A DNA stretch of 32,000 nucleotides from Desulfocapsa sulfexigens DSM 10523 (GTDB lineage: Bacteria; Desulfobacterota; Desulfobulbia; Desulfobulbales; Desulfocapsaceae), in contig NC_020304.1 of the NCBI RefSeq assembly GCF_000341395.1, forward strand, positions 3,780,001 through 3,812,000. Direction: 5' to 3'. The position numbers and the translations under genes are program-made. Under the pieces are notes generated by a model, which saw nothing but the letters and a program-made list of their open reading frames with translations, searched no databases and was not told the origin of the DNA. Of this stretch, positions 1-8,633 are shown piece after piece (the stretch's first letter is position 1; the number at the start of each line of letters is the position of its first letter).

Positions 1-1083
1 ATCAACTGAACTTCTTGCCTGATCAAATTCACCCTGTGCCAGAAACAGCTCAACGACTTTTGATTTGAGACCCTTTTTACTTCCATCTTCTGCAATAATG
101 ATCTCCAGAATTTCCTGTGCTTCCTTATATTTTTTTAGAAATGAATAGTAATCAACCAGGATCATTTGATTAATCTGACGTGTCACCTCGGTTGCAGACT
201 CGACGGCTTTCTGAAAATATTTCAACGCAGTCTCACTATCACCCTGACGATGAAGAATCATAGCATGTAATCTAAAGAGTCCGGAATCATTGACACCAGC
301 ATTTTCTGCTTCGAGAAGAATATCCTTCGCAGGATCAGGCTGATTCTTCTGCAATGATAATTGTGCAAGCAACGAGTAGGGCTTTGGATTCTCAGGATTT
401 TTTTCCTTAAGAGCTTCAAGGCTTAAAAGCGCCAGATCATAGCGCTCAAGCTTTATATACATTTGAGCCAGGGAAATCTGCAATTCAAGATCATCTGGAT
501 TTTCATTGGCCAGAGATTCAAGCATAGAACGGCCTTCTTCAATATCACCCTTGGTGACAAGAATTTTGGCTAAATTGACACGGGCGGGAAGACTTTCAGG
601 GTATTTCTCGCCTGCTACTCTCAGAATTGCCACGGCCTCATCAAGCTTCTTTAAATAGGCCAACGAGTTACCAAGGATCAGGTACACATCCTCATCATCA
701 CCATTCAGTTCAATGTATTGCTCACAATTTTTCACCACCTGCTCAAGGGCACGATTCTCCACAAGAAGGAATATCAATTCCTTGCGTGCCTCTGCCATAT
801 TTGAATCCTGCTGAAGAGCAAGGCTTAACTGGCCAAAGGCGAGTTTTGCATCTCCTTTTTTGTGGTATATTTGACCAAGCTTGTAGTGAGCCAAAGCCAT
901 TTCCGGTTCTTTCTGCAATGCCTTTTTAAACCAGATGATAGCCTCATCAGCTTTTTCAGCATCCATGGCTGCAACTCCCTGCTGATACAGTTCATTGGCA
1001 TTCTCGCCGGAGCAGCCACCCAGTATCAATAGCAAACCGAAAAGTGCCAGCAAACGAAGAAACGATTGTCTTGTATAAAGCAT
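1..1083 (-). CDS. TPR-repeat lipoprotein, N-terminal 361 codons (C-terminus lies beyond the window edge); possibly PrsT-like
   Basis: My own translation from the ATG at 1083-1081 stays open to position 1 (MLYTRQSFLRLLALFGLLLILGGCSGENANELYQQGVAAMDAEKADEAIIWFKKALQ...). A hydrophobic h-region is followed by the lipobox L-G-G-C. Multiple 34-aa TPR-like units follow. It is absent from the ORF track because the window edge truncates it. Confidence 0.8.
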   Translation of the reverse strand, partial: MLYTRQSFLRLLALFGLLLILGGCSGENANELYQQGVAAMDAEKADEAIIWFKKALQKEPEMALAHYKLGQIYHKKGDAKLAFGQLSLALQQDSNMAEARKELIFLLVENRALEQVVKNCEQYIELNGDDEDVYLILGNSLAYLKKLDEAVAILRVAGEKYPESLPARVNLAKILVTKGDIEEGRSMLESLANENPDDLELQISLAQMYIKLERYDLALLSLEALKEKNPENPKPYSLLAQLSLQKNQPDPAKDILLEAENAGVNDSGLFRLHAMILHRQGDSETALKYFQKAVESATEVTRQINQMILVDYYSFLKKYKEAQEILEIIIAEDGSKKGLKSKVVELFLAQGEFDQARSSVD

Positions 1084-1257
1084 GAGATCCACCTGGTCCT
1101 GTATTGTCCTGAAAAAAAGCTACAGAATTCGTAACATAATATTTTTATTGATTATAATGAACTATCAGAAATGGTCTCAAAAGGCAAACACTAACTCTTT
1201 GTTTGCAGTTGAAACTCCATGCCATGTATGACGATAAAGCTTGGGGAGATTTTATAA

Positions 1258-1479
1258 TTATTTATCTCCTGTTGTTTTTTCTTTTTCCAGGGTCTTCTTG
1301 ATCCATCCCAACCGAATATGGTACTGATGACCACCATCAATCCACTTCTCACAGGTTTCTTCCGTGGTCTTCACAGGATACGGATTTACAGTCTTATCCA
1401 CTCGACACACACCGGAATAGGGATCCTCGAGCCTGAATTTACGACAACTGAGGCATATTCGTTTTTGTATATATATCAT
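1258..1479 (-). CDS. Small (73 aa) Cys-containing hypothetical protein; a C-x2-C plus two distal Cys suggest a possible zinc-ribbon-like fold
   Basis: ATG ORF with a good SD (GGAG, 6-nt spacer: ggattctactGGAGtaaaaaATG). It lies 63 nt downstream of bioD on the same strand. Cys residues at positions 9, 12, 25 and 43. I recognise no family. Confidence 0.5.
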   Translation of the reverse strand: MIYIQKRICLSCRKFRLEDPYSGVCRVDKTVNPYPVKTTEETCEKWIDGGHQYHIRLGWIKKTLEKEKTTGDK

Positions 1480-1542
1480 TTTTTACTCCAGTAGAATCCT
1501 GTCTATTTGAGCAGGTTTGGCACAACCTAGAAAGTGTATGTG

Positions 1543-2232
1543 TTACAAGGAAAACCATCGAAGACAATCCATATAGGGGCCGGAATCCCGATAACTCTCT
1601 AGGGAGTTCATATCAACAACGGTTGGAGAAAAACCATATTTGCGAAGAGAACTGACGAAAACATTTCTTGAATCAAGGCAAATAGTATCATCACAGGATG
1701 CATAGCAATTATAGATAATCCCTTTCACTTCTATCCCTCTTCTCTTTGCCAGTTCCAGAGCTGAAAGGGTGTGATTTATAGACCCCAGCCTTGGACTTGA
1801 CACTAAAATCATTGGATAATGCTGTTCTTGAAGGTAATCGAGGAATGTCATATCTCTGGTAAGTGGAACCATCAGTCCTCCCGCCCCCTCAAGCAGTACA
1901 TGCTCATAACTTGCAGCTAAAGTCTTTGTCGCAACCGTGATTTTTTCCAGATCAATCTGGGTGTCTTCCAGCTCAGCAGCAAGATGTGGAGAACAGGGTT
2001 TACTGAAAACATAGGGACAGGTGAGTCCACTTATGTCTTCCGGGTACAGGGCAACCCCCATCAGTTCCCGATGTTTCTGAATATCTTCAGCAATACCGGT
2101 GCACCCAGTCTGGGCAATCTTCTGGGTTACCACAGAACAGCCCTGAGACAAAAGAATCTTTGCCATTAGACCGGTGGCAATGGTCTTCCCGATATCGGTG
2201 TCGATCCCACTTATGCACGTTACCGGAGACAT
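1543..2232 (-). CDS. bioD: Dethiobiotin synthetase
   Basis: N-terminal GIDTDIGKT P-loop typical of BioD. 229 aa. Its start overlaps the bioC stop by 1 nt, and it is the last gene of the bio string. Confidence 0.9.
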   Translation of the reverse strand: MSPVTCISGIDTDIGKTIATGLMAKILLSQGCSVVTQKIAQTGCTGIAEDIQKHRELMGVALYPEDISGLTCPYVFSKPCSPHLAAELEDTQIDLEKITVATKTLAASYEHVLLEGAGGLMVPLTRDMTFLDYLQEQHYPMILVSSPRLGSINHTLSALELAKRRGIEVKGIIYNCYASCDDTICLDSRNVFVSSLRKYGFSPTVVDMNSLESYRDSGPYMDCLRWFSL

Positions 2233-3002
2233 CAGCGTTTTCTTGCCACAAAGCAGGATGAAGCATAACTGACGGGTAACCCTTTATCACTTCCAAACTC
2301 TGTCATATAATGTTCCTCAAACATTTTGAGTGTTTCCCTGTTCCACTGGTACTCACTCACCCCGCCGACACCGGTGGCACGAATATGATTTAATATTTCC
2401 AGAACTGAAGGAAAAAAGAGTTGTTCCTCATGGTTTTCAAATGACTCTACGACAAAATTCTGTTCAAGAAGAGCACGGACGTCATTATCGGAGTGGTATT
2501 GCAGTTTTACGGAAGTAAGGCTGGAAAATTCCGATAATGTTCCAGGGCCAAACATTGAAAAGGCGAGATATGATCCAGATTTCAATACACCACTTAATCG
2601 TGTAATAAATGCAGGAAGGTCGCTCAACCACTGAAAGGTCGCTCCGGAAATAACAAGGGAAAGGTCAAGCGGCAGTGCCAGGGTTTCAATATCACCAAAA
2701 CAGGATACAAACTGAGGCGATTCAAACTTTGTGAGTCGCTTTAAGACCACCTCTTCAAAATCAGAAACCAGGTCGTTCAAGTAAAGTGTTTTTAAAGGCT
2801 TTTCAGCACAAAGTTGTTCGCTGAGACCTCCAGTACAACACCCCACCTCAAGTACTCGGCGAAAAGCCGTGTCCGGCAGCAGAGAAACGCTTTGAAGCAA
2901 TCGTCCGACAAGGTTCTTCTGGACAACAGCTGCATCATCGTAGGTCAGAAGACTGCGACGAAAACACCGTGCTATTCTTTCTTTATCAAGCTGAAAAACC
3001 AT
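2232..3002 (-). CDS. bioC: Malonyl-[ACP] O-methyltransferase
   Basis: Class I SAM-methyltransferase motif VLEVGCCTGGLS. 256 aa. Sits between bioG and bioD. Confidence 0.85.
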   Translation of the reverse strand: MVFQLDKERIARCFRRSLLTYDDAAVVQKNLVGRLLQSVSLLPDTAFRRVLEVGCCTGGLSEQLCAEKPLKTLYLNDLVSDFEEVVLKRLTKFESPQFVSCFGDIETLALPLDLSLVISGATFQWLSDLPAFITRLSGVLKSGSYLAFSMFGPGTLSEFSSLTSVKLQYHSDNDVRALLEQNFVVESFENHEEQLFFPSVLEILNHIRATGVGGVSEYQWNRETLKMFEEHYMTEFGSDKGLPVSYASSCFVARKR

Positions 3003-3016
3003 GCCACTCCAAATTC

Positions 3017-3685
3017 TTAGTACAAGCCGTCAACAATTTCATCCCAACTGCCATAACCATAAAACAGAAAATGGGATCCGTCGACCCGGCGTACTCTTTT
3101 TTCGGGCCAGTAATTGAGCTGGTTTTGTGTTGGCATTACAAGATCGTGTTCTGAAACGAGGGCACAATCATAAATGGATTCCTCCCCCTGGCAATGGCAG
3201 GCATTTTTCAGCAAGGCTCCAAGCTCACATCGCTGATCCTCCACACTGCGCAGGGGTTGATTTTCCAGAAAACGACTGTACAGAAGCCGATCTCTGCACA
3301 TCCGGTAGTAGAATTTCAAGCGCTGTTTTTCATTCAGGTTATCAAGTGTTCCCCGGACAACAGCCTCCGCAATCCCGAACTGATCATCTATTGGACAAGG
3401 AGTACCATTAATGGCTAGTGCCACTCGTAAGTTTTTCTTGAATGGCTGAAAGAGCCGTTGTCCTGCCCATACCCCCATGGACCAGGCAATAAGAACAATA
3501 TCTTCGTATTGGCCCATCAGCCCATGGAGATCCTGATCAGTACGAAGATCAGCATAATTGTAAAACATGAGGATATTCCATCGATCACTCGTAAGTGGGA
3601 TAAAGGGACGCTCATCCATTCCCCAGCCATTACAAAAACAAATCAGCCTGTTAGATTCTCTTTGATGGAGCCATTTACTTTTCAC
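3017..3685 (-). CDS. bioG: Pimeloyl-[ACP] methyl ester esterase, BioG type (DUF452)
   Basis: The sequence (M)KSKWLHQRESNRLICFCNGWGMDERPF...LIAWSMGVWAG matches the DUF452/BioG pattern, with a serine in an xWSxG nucleophile elbow. I place the start at the GTG at 3685, which overlaps the bioF stop (GTGAAAAGTAA). The track's ATG at 3856 would overlap bioF by 182 nt. Confidence 0.75.
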   Translation of the reverse strand: MKSKWLHQRESNRLICFCNGWGMDERPFIPLTSDRWNILMFYNYADLRTDQDLHGLMGQYEDIVLIAWSMGVWAGQRLFQPFKKNLRVALAINGTPCPIDDQFGIAEAVVRGTLDNLNEKQRLKFYYRMCRDRLLYSRFLENQPLRSVEDQRCELGALLKNACHCQGEESIYDCALVSEHDLVMPTQNQLNYWPEKRVRRVDGSHFLFYGYGSWDEIVDGLY

Positions 3686-4859
3686 GGCGTGCACCTTGCG
3701 CCATTGCAGCGAGCTGTTCCGGGAGTGTCTGCAAATCCTGCCATTCCATATTTGCACAGATGGAAAAACGAAACCGTGCTGTCCCCTCGGGCACGGTGGG
3801 AGGCCGCACCGGAAGAACAAGGTAACCAAGTTCCTGCATTTTTTTAGCCTGTTCAAGGGCTAGACTGTCTTCCCCTATCAGAACAGGGACAATATTGGTG
3901 CTGCCACCTGTTGCTATTCCTTTCTCCTGCAAACCAAGACGTAACTGCTGTGCTATCCGTTGCAGGTGCTTTCTCTCTTTAGACATTGCCTGCATATGCC
4001 GGAAGACAAAAAGGTTCCAATTGAGAGTCACGGGGGGCAGCCCGGTTGTGAAGATAAAAGATCTGCTATGATTCACTAAATAATCGCGTGTTTCTTTAGA
4101 GCAGCAGATAAAGGCACCAATGGAGGCAAGTGCCTTGCCAAAGGTTCCCACCAAAAAATCAATATCGGAAAGAACTCCTCTTTCCTCTGCCTTGCCCAGG
4201 CCATTCTCGCCATAGACACCAACAGCGTGTGCCTCATCCAGATAGATTTTAACATCAAATTCATGCTTCAGCTCAAGCAAACGTTCAAGGTCAGCCTCAT
4301 CTCCATCCATACTAAAAACAGACTCGGAGACAAGTACCACCTGATCATACTGTTTACGGTATCTGGAAAGCAGACCATGCAGCTGCTTATAGTCTCCATG
4401 ACGAAAACGTTTATGGTCAGCACGGCTGAGCTGTAATCCATCGTGGATAGAGGCGTGGTTCAACTTGTCTGATAGAATCAGGTCTCCCTTACCAAACAGT
4501 GCGGGAAGAATACCAATATTTGCATGATAGCCGGAATTGAACAACAGGGCGGCCTCGGTTCCGTATGCACCTGCGAGTTCCTTTTCAAGACGATGCGCAA
4601 GCAGGAAATCGCCGGTTAGCAAACGGGAAGAGGCTGCAGCAAGTGCGAAGTTTTCACCATCTCCGTGATCCAATCTCTGATAAAAACGTCTTCGCAGTTC
4701 TTTGTCCTGGCCGAGCCCCAGATAATCATTAGAACTCAGATTGAGAAGAGTCCGCTCCTGGTAATTCACCCGACCAGCGCCACAACGCTGCAGTGGAGTC
4801 AACTCCCGCAGACGTCCCTTTGCCTCAAGGTCCTGAAGCTTTTGCCCGTATCGCGACAT
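3675..4859 (-). CDS. bioF: 8-amino-7-oxononanoate synthase
   Basis: PLP-dependent alpha-oxoamine synthase motifs SVFSMDGD and GTFGKALAS (PLP lysine). 394 aa. Lies within the bio operon. Confidence 0.9.
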   Translation of the reverse strand: MSRYGQKLQDLEAKGRLRELTPLQRCGAGRVNYQERTLLNLSSNDYLGLGQDKELRRRFYQRLDHGDGENFALAAASSRLLTGDFLLAHRLEKELAGAYGTEAALLFNSGYHANIGILPALFGKGDLILSDKLNHASIHDGLQLSRADHKRFRHGDYKQLHGLLSRYRKQYDQVVLVSESVFSMDGDEADLERLLELKHEFDVKIYLDEAHAVGVYGENGLGKAEERGVLSDIDFLVGTFGKALASIGAFICCSKETRDYLVNHSRSFIFTTGLPPVTLNWNLFVFRHMQAMSKERKHLQRIAQQLRLGLQEKGIATGGSTNIVPVLIGEDSLALEQAKKMQELGYLVLPVRPPTVPEGTARFRFSICANMEWQDLQTLPEQLAAMAQGARREK

Positions 4860-6148
4860 CAGTTGTTCTGCTCCTCTTCAAGTACTTCACAGATCGCAGT
4901 GGTCAAGATGTCAAGGTCTGCCCTTTCCATGCAGTAGGGAGGCATCACATACACCAGACGGCCAAAGGGGCGCACCCACACACCCTTCTCAACAAAGGCT
5001 GCCTGAATATGCTCCATATTCACGGGATTATTCATCTCAACCACACCGATTCCGCCGAGCACACGGACATCCGTGACGCTCTCAAGTGTACTGCAGGGAG
5101 AGAGCCCATGACCTAAGCCACTTTCAAGGGCCTTGATTTGTTCCTGCCAGCCTGATTCAAGCAGCAGATTCACAGAGACATTTGCCACGGCACAGGCCAA
5201 AGGGTTTGCCATAAAGGTCGGACCATGCATAAATACCCCGGGATCACCACCTGATATCACGTCCCCCACTTCCCTGGTGGTCAAAACTGCAGCCAAAGTC
5301 ATATATCCACCAGTGAGTGCCTTGCCAAGACAAAGAATGTCGGGAGTGATATCTGCATGCTCACAGGCAAAAAGCTTTCCAGTGCGGCCAAAACCAGTTG
5401 CGATCTCATCTGCAATAAGCAAAACATCATAACGATCACAAAGCTCTCGAACCCTTTTCAGGTATTGCGGGTGATAAAAACGCATACCACCAGCGCCCTG
5501 AACAATGGGTTCAAGAATAACTGCGCAGAGCGATTCATGGTGTTCAGCAATGAGTTGTTCAAACGATCCGACATCCTCTGAATCCCAGTCGTCGTGGAAG
5601 CGACACTGGGGTTTATCTGCAAAAAGATACTCGGGCAAAACACCTTCAAAGATATGATGCATTCCATTCACCGGATCACAGACGGACATACAGTGAAAGA
5701 CGTCGCCATGATACCCGGAACGAATAGTGAGAAATCGCTTTTTGGCGGCTTTCCCCTGTGCATGAAAATATTGAATGGCCATCTTCATGGCAACTTCCAC
5801 GGCAACCGACCCGGAGTCTGCAAAAAAGACAAGATCGAGTGGATCAGGAGTAATTTCGACGAGGGTACGGGCAAGATTAACGGCAGGTTCATGGGTTAGT
5901 CCACCAAACATCACGTGAGACAGTTTCCCGGCCTGTTCCTGCAGAGCAGCAGTGAGGAGCGGATGGTTATAGCCATGAATCACAGACCACCAGGAGGCCA
6001 TCCCGTCGATCAGTTCCCGGCCATCGCTCAAACGAATGCGGACACCTGAGGCCGATTCCACGGCATACATGGGAAGTGGATTGCTTATTGAAGAATAGGG
6101 ATGCCAGAGATGTTGCCTGTCATAGGCAAGGAGTTCATCAACAGTCAT
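4859..6148 (-). CDS. bioA: Adenosylmethionine-8-amino-7-oxononanoate aminotransferase
   Basis: [19 protein letters not shown] and [10 protein letters not shown] are near-identical to the classical BioA motifs. 429 aa. Confidence 0.95.
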   Translation of the reverse strand: MTVDELLAYDRQHLWHPYSSISNPLPMYAVESASGVRIRLSDGRELIDGMASWWSVIHGYNHPLLTAALQEQAGKLSHVMFGGLTHEPAVNLARTLVEITPDPLDLVFFADSGSVAVEVAMKMAIQYFHAQGKAAKKRFLTIRSGYHGDVFHCMSVCDPVNGMHHIFEGVLPEYLFADKPQCRFHDDWDSEDVGSFEQLIAEHHESLCAVILEPIVQGAGGMRFYHPQYLKRVRELCDRYDVLLIADEIATGFGRTGKLFACEHADITPDILCLGKALTGGYMTLAAVLTTREVGDVISGGDPGVFMHGPTFMANPLACAVANVSVNLLLESGWQEQIKALESGLGHGLSPCSTLESVTDVRVLGGIGVVEMNNPVNMEHIQAAFVEKGVWVRPFGRLVYVMPPYCMERADLDILTTAICEVLEEEQNN

Positions 6149-7113
6149 TACTGTTTTCCAGACAGATCAAAACCAAGTTTTATAAATTCCTCAATATCTT
6201 CAGTAACTCCAGCTCCGGCTGTGGTAAGATAATCACCGACAATCGCTCCGTTTGCTCCTGCTGCAAACAACCTGTACTGATCATGGCCGAACCGTCCACG
6301 ACCACCTGCAATACGGATCACTGCATGAGGATTTACAAAACGGAAAAGAGCCACACAACGCAGGACATCCTCAAGGGAGATCGCTTCGATATGGGCGAGA
6401 GGAGTTGATGCTATAGGACTGAGAATATTGACGGGAATGGAAAGAACACCAAGGCCCCGTAACTCGAAGGCAAGCTGTAAACGATGCTCCAGTGTTTCAC
6501 CCATGCCAATTATACCACCGGAACAAAGGTCCATCCCCGCATCTCTGGCAATTTTCAGTGTTTCCACCTTTTCTTCCCAGGTATGGGTAGTACAGATAGA
6601 AGGAAAGAAATCGCGACAGCTCTCAAGATTGCAGTGATATCGGCCAACCCCGAAAGAGACCAACTGCCGAGCACTCTCTTTTGTGAGAAAACCCATGGAG
6701 GCGCAAAAGCGGAGAGTTGTCTTCTCAGCCATGGCATCATATAAACTTCCCATACCCTCTATTTGAGACGGATTCAAACTTCGACCAGCCGTAACCAGGG
6801 ATAAACGGTTGACACCATAAGCATCATTTTCCCTGGCCTGTGCTATGGCAGTCCGGGAATCAATCTGATCATAGCTTTTGATATTCGTAGTATGATGGAT
6901 GGACTGAGCACAATAGCGACAGTCTTCGGAACATTTCCCTGAACGGGCATTAATAATAGAACAGAGATCAAAACTGTTTCCGTGAACATCATGACAGAGT
7001 TCTACTGCAGCATCACATAAATCTGCTAAACTGGCCTTCTGAGCAAGCTCCATGGCCTGGTTAAAATCAAGCTCGCCACCTTCTCGTATTATTTTTATGC
7101 AGCGCTCTATCAT
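6148..7113 (-). CDS. bioB: Biotin synthase (radical SAM)
   Basis: The [11 protein letters not shown] segment carries the CxxxCxxC radical-SAM motif in the BioB context. 321 aa. Its stop overlaps the bioA start (TAATG). Confidence 0.95.
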   Translation of the reverse strand: MIERCIKIIREGGELDFNQAMELAQKASLADLCDAAVELCHDVHGNSFDLCSIINARSGKCSEDCRYCAQSIHHTTNIKSYDQIDSRTAIAQARENDAYGVNRLSLVTAGRSLNPSQIEGMGSLYDAMAEKTTLRFCASMGFLTKESARQLVSFGVGRYHCNLESCRDFFPSICTTHTWEEKVETLKIARDAGMDLCSGGIIGMGETLEHRLQLAFELRGLGVLSIPVNILSPIASTPLAHIEAISLEDVLRCVALFRFVNPHAVIRIAGGRGRFGHDQYRLFAAGANGAIVGDYLTTAGAGVTEDIEEFIKLGFDLSGKQ

Positions 7114-7182
7114 TTCATATCACAACAGGAGGTAATTCACGACGCAGAGAAATATTCTAACGGCCTTTCGTGCGACCAACAC

Positions 7183-8127
7183 CTAAGCAAGCTTATCCAT
7201 ACATTTGGCAAGTCCCTCAGGAGTATCAAACTGCAAGGCCTGGTATTTGTATCCTTGAGGAGCAATCTTCCGCATCATCCCCTTCAGCACGGTTTTAGGG
7301 CCAACTTCAATAAAGGTATCCACACCTTCATTAATCATGGTGGTAATTGTTTCAAACCAGCGGACACGTGATGCTATCTGGCTGGCCATCATCTTCTTTA
7401 TCTTCACGGTATCCCGCTCACCACCTGCTGAGACATTAAAATAAACGGGAGTTGCAGGTACCTTAAATTCAACTCCATCCATAAAATCTGCAAAATCAGG
7501 AACGGCATTGGCAACCAGGGGACTGTGATTGGCTACACTTACAGCAAGAGGAATAACCCTGGCACCATCCTCCGTTGCAACTGCTGAGACGGCATCAAGA
7601 CCAGGAATAGAGCCGGAAATCACAACCTGCAGCTCCGTATTATGATTTGCTGCAGTGACGATACCGGCATCACTGCAATCTGCGATGATTGCCTCGATTT
7701 CATCAATATTTTTCCCAATGACTGCTCGCATACCACCGGGATTTAATTGCCCTTCACGTTCCATCAGAGCACCACGTTTAATAACCAGTCGTATGGTATC
7801 TTCAACAGAAAGAACACCTGCAGCACAAAGGGCCGAGTATTCACCCAGGCTGTGTCCGGCAAAACAGGTAGCTGAAAACTTGTCTCCCCACGCCTTTTTC
7901 AGAGCCTGATAGCAGATCAGGTTTGTAACGGTGATGGCTGGCTGTAGATGGACTGCCCTGGTAAGTTCCTCCATGGGGCCCTCCTGAATGAGGCTCTCCA
8001 ACGGAAAATCACAGACGGATGCCGCCATTTCCATAATGGCTCGACAATCACTGTCTGAATCAATAAACTCACGTCCCATTCCTAAAAACTGTGATCCCTG
8101 ACCGGGAAAGAGTACTGCTATTTTCAT
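7183..8127 (-). CDS. fabD: Malonyl-CoA:ACP transacylase
   Basis: MKIAVLFPGQGSQ N-terminus and the GHSLGEYSAL active-site motif. I chose the internal ATG at 8127; the longer track ORF (to 8214) overlaps lspA. Confidence 0.9.
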   Translation of the reverse strand: MKIAVLFPGQGSQFLGMGREFIDSDSDCRAIMEMAASVCDFPLESLIQEGPMEELTRAVHLQPAITVTNLICYQALKKAWGDKFSATCFAGHSLGEYSALCAAGVLSVEDTIRLVIKRGALMEREGQLNPGGMRAVIGKNIDEIEAIIADCSDAGIVTAANHNTELQVVISGSIPGLDAVSAVATEDGARVIPLAVSVANHSPLVANAVPDFADFMDGVEFKVPATPVYFNVSAGGERDTVKIKKMMASQIASRVRWFETITTMINEGVDTFIEVGPKTVLKGMMRKIAPQGYKYQALQFDTPEGLAKCMDKLA

Positions 8128-8141
8128 GTAATCTTTTATTC

Positions 8142-8627
8142 CTATACCTGTATTTGTTTCTTCTGCCGTTCTTCGAGAAAATTCGCCAGTAGAAAAAGAG
8201 CCACACCCACACAAATTGCGGAATCAGCCACATTAAACGCAGGCCAGTGATGGCCTGCCACATAAAAATCAAGAAAATCAACCACTGCCCCCAGGCGAAT
8301 GCGGTCAATAGCGTTCCCAATGGCCCCCCCGGCAATAAGAGCAAGAGCGGGACCATAGAAACGATGGTCGTTTCGCATTCGAAACCAGGCAATCACTATC
8401 AACACAAGGGCAACACTTACGAGAATCAGAAAAAAATAATGCCGCCAGACGGAAGTCACTCCTGCCAGAAAGCCGAAGGCTGCACCTTTATTGGTAAGAT
8501 AGGTGAGACTGAAAAAACCAGGAATGACATCGAGCGATTCATACAACTGAAAGCTCTTAACCACCCAGACTTTTGTCAATTGATCAAACCCAACCACCAG
8601 AAGTAGGAGAAATATGGAGAAAAACAA
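8142..8627 (-). CDS. lspA: Lipoprotein signal peptidase (signal peptidase II)
   Basis: Motifs DQLTK, NKGAAFGF and VVDFLDFY...WPAFNVADSAI, with four hydrophobic segments. Apparent TTG start 6 nt after the ileS stop, giving the classical ileS-lspA linkage. Confidence 0.9.
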   Translation of the reverse strand: MFFSIFLLLLVVGFDQLTKVWVVKSFQLYESLDVIPGFFSLTYLTNKGAAFGFLAGVTSVWRHYFFLILVSVALVLIVIAWFRMRNDHRFYGPALALIAGGAIGNAIDRIRLGAVVDFLDFYVAGHHWPAFNVADSAICVGVALFLLANFLEERQKKQIQV

Positions 8628-8633
8628 TTCCTG

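Noticed and set aside
627-1019. Track ORFs 627-929 (+) and 825-1019 (-)
   Set aside because: Both fall inside the TPR lipoprotein gene in other frames or on the other strand. Their low-complexity His/Pro-rich translation is not protein-like.
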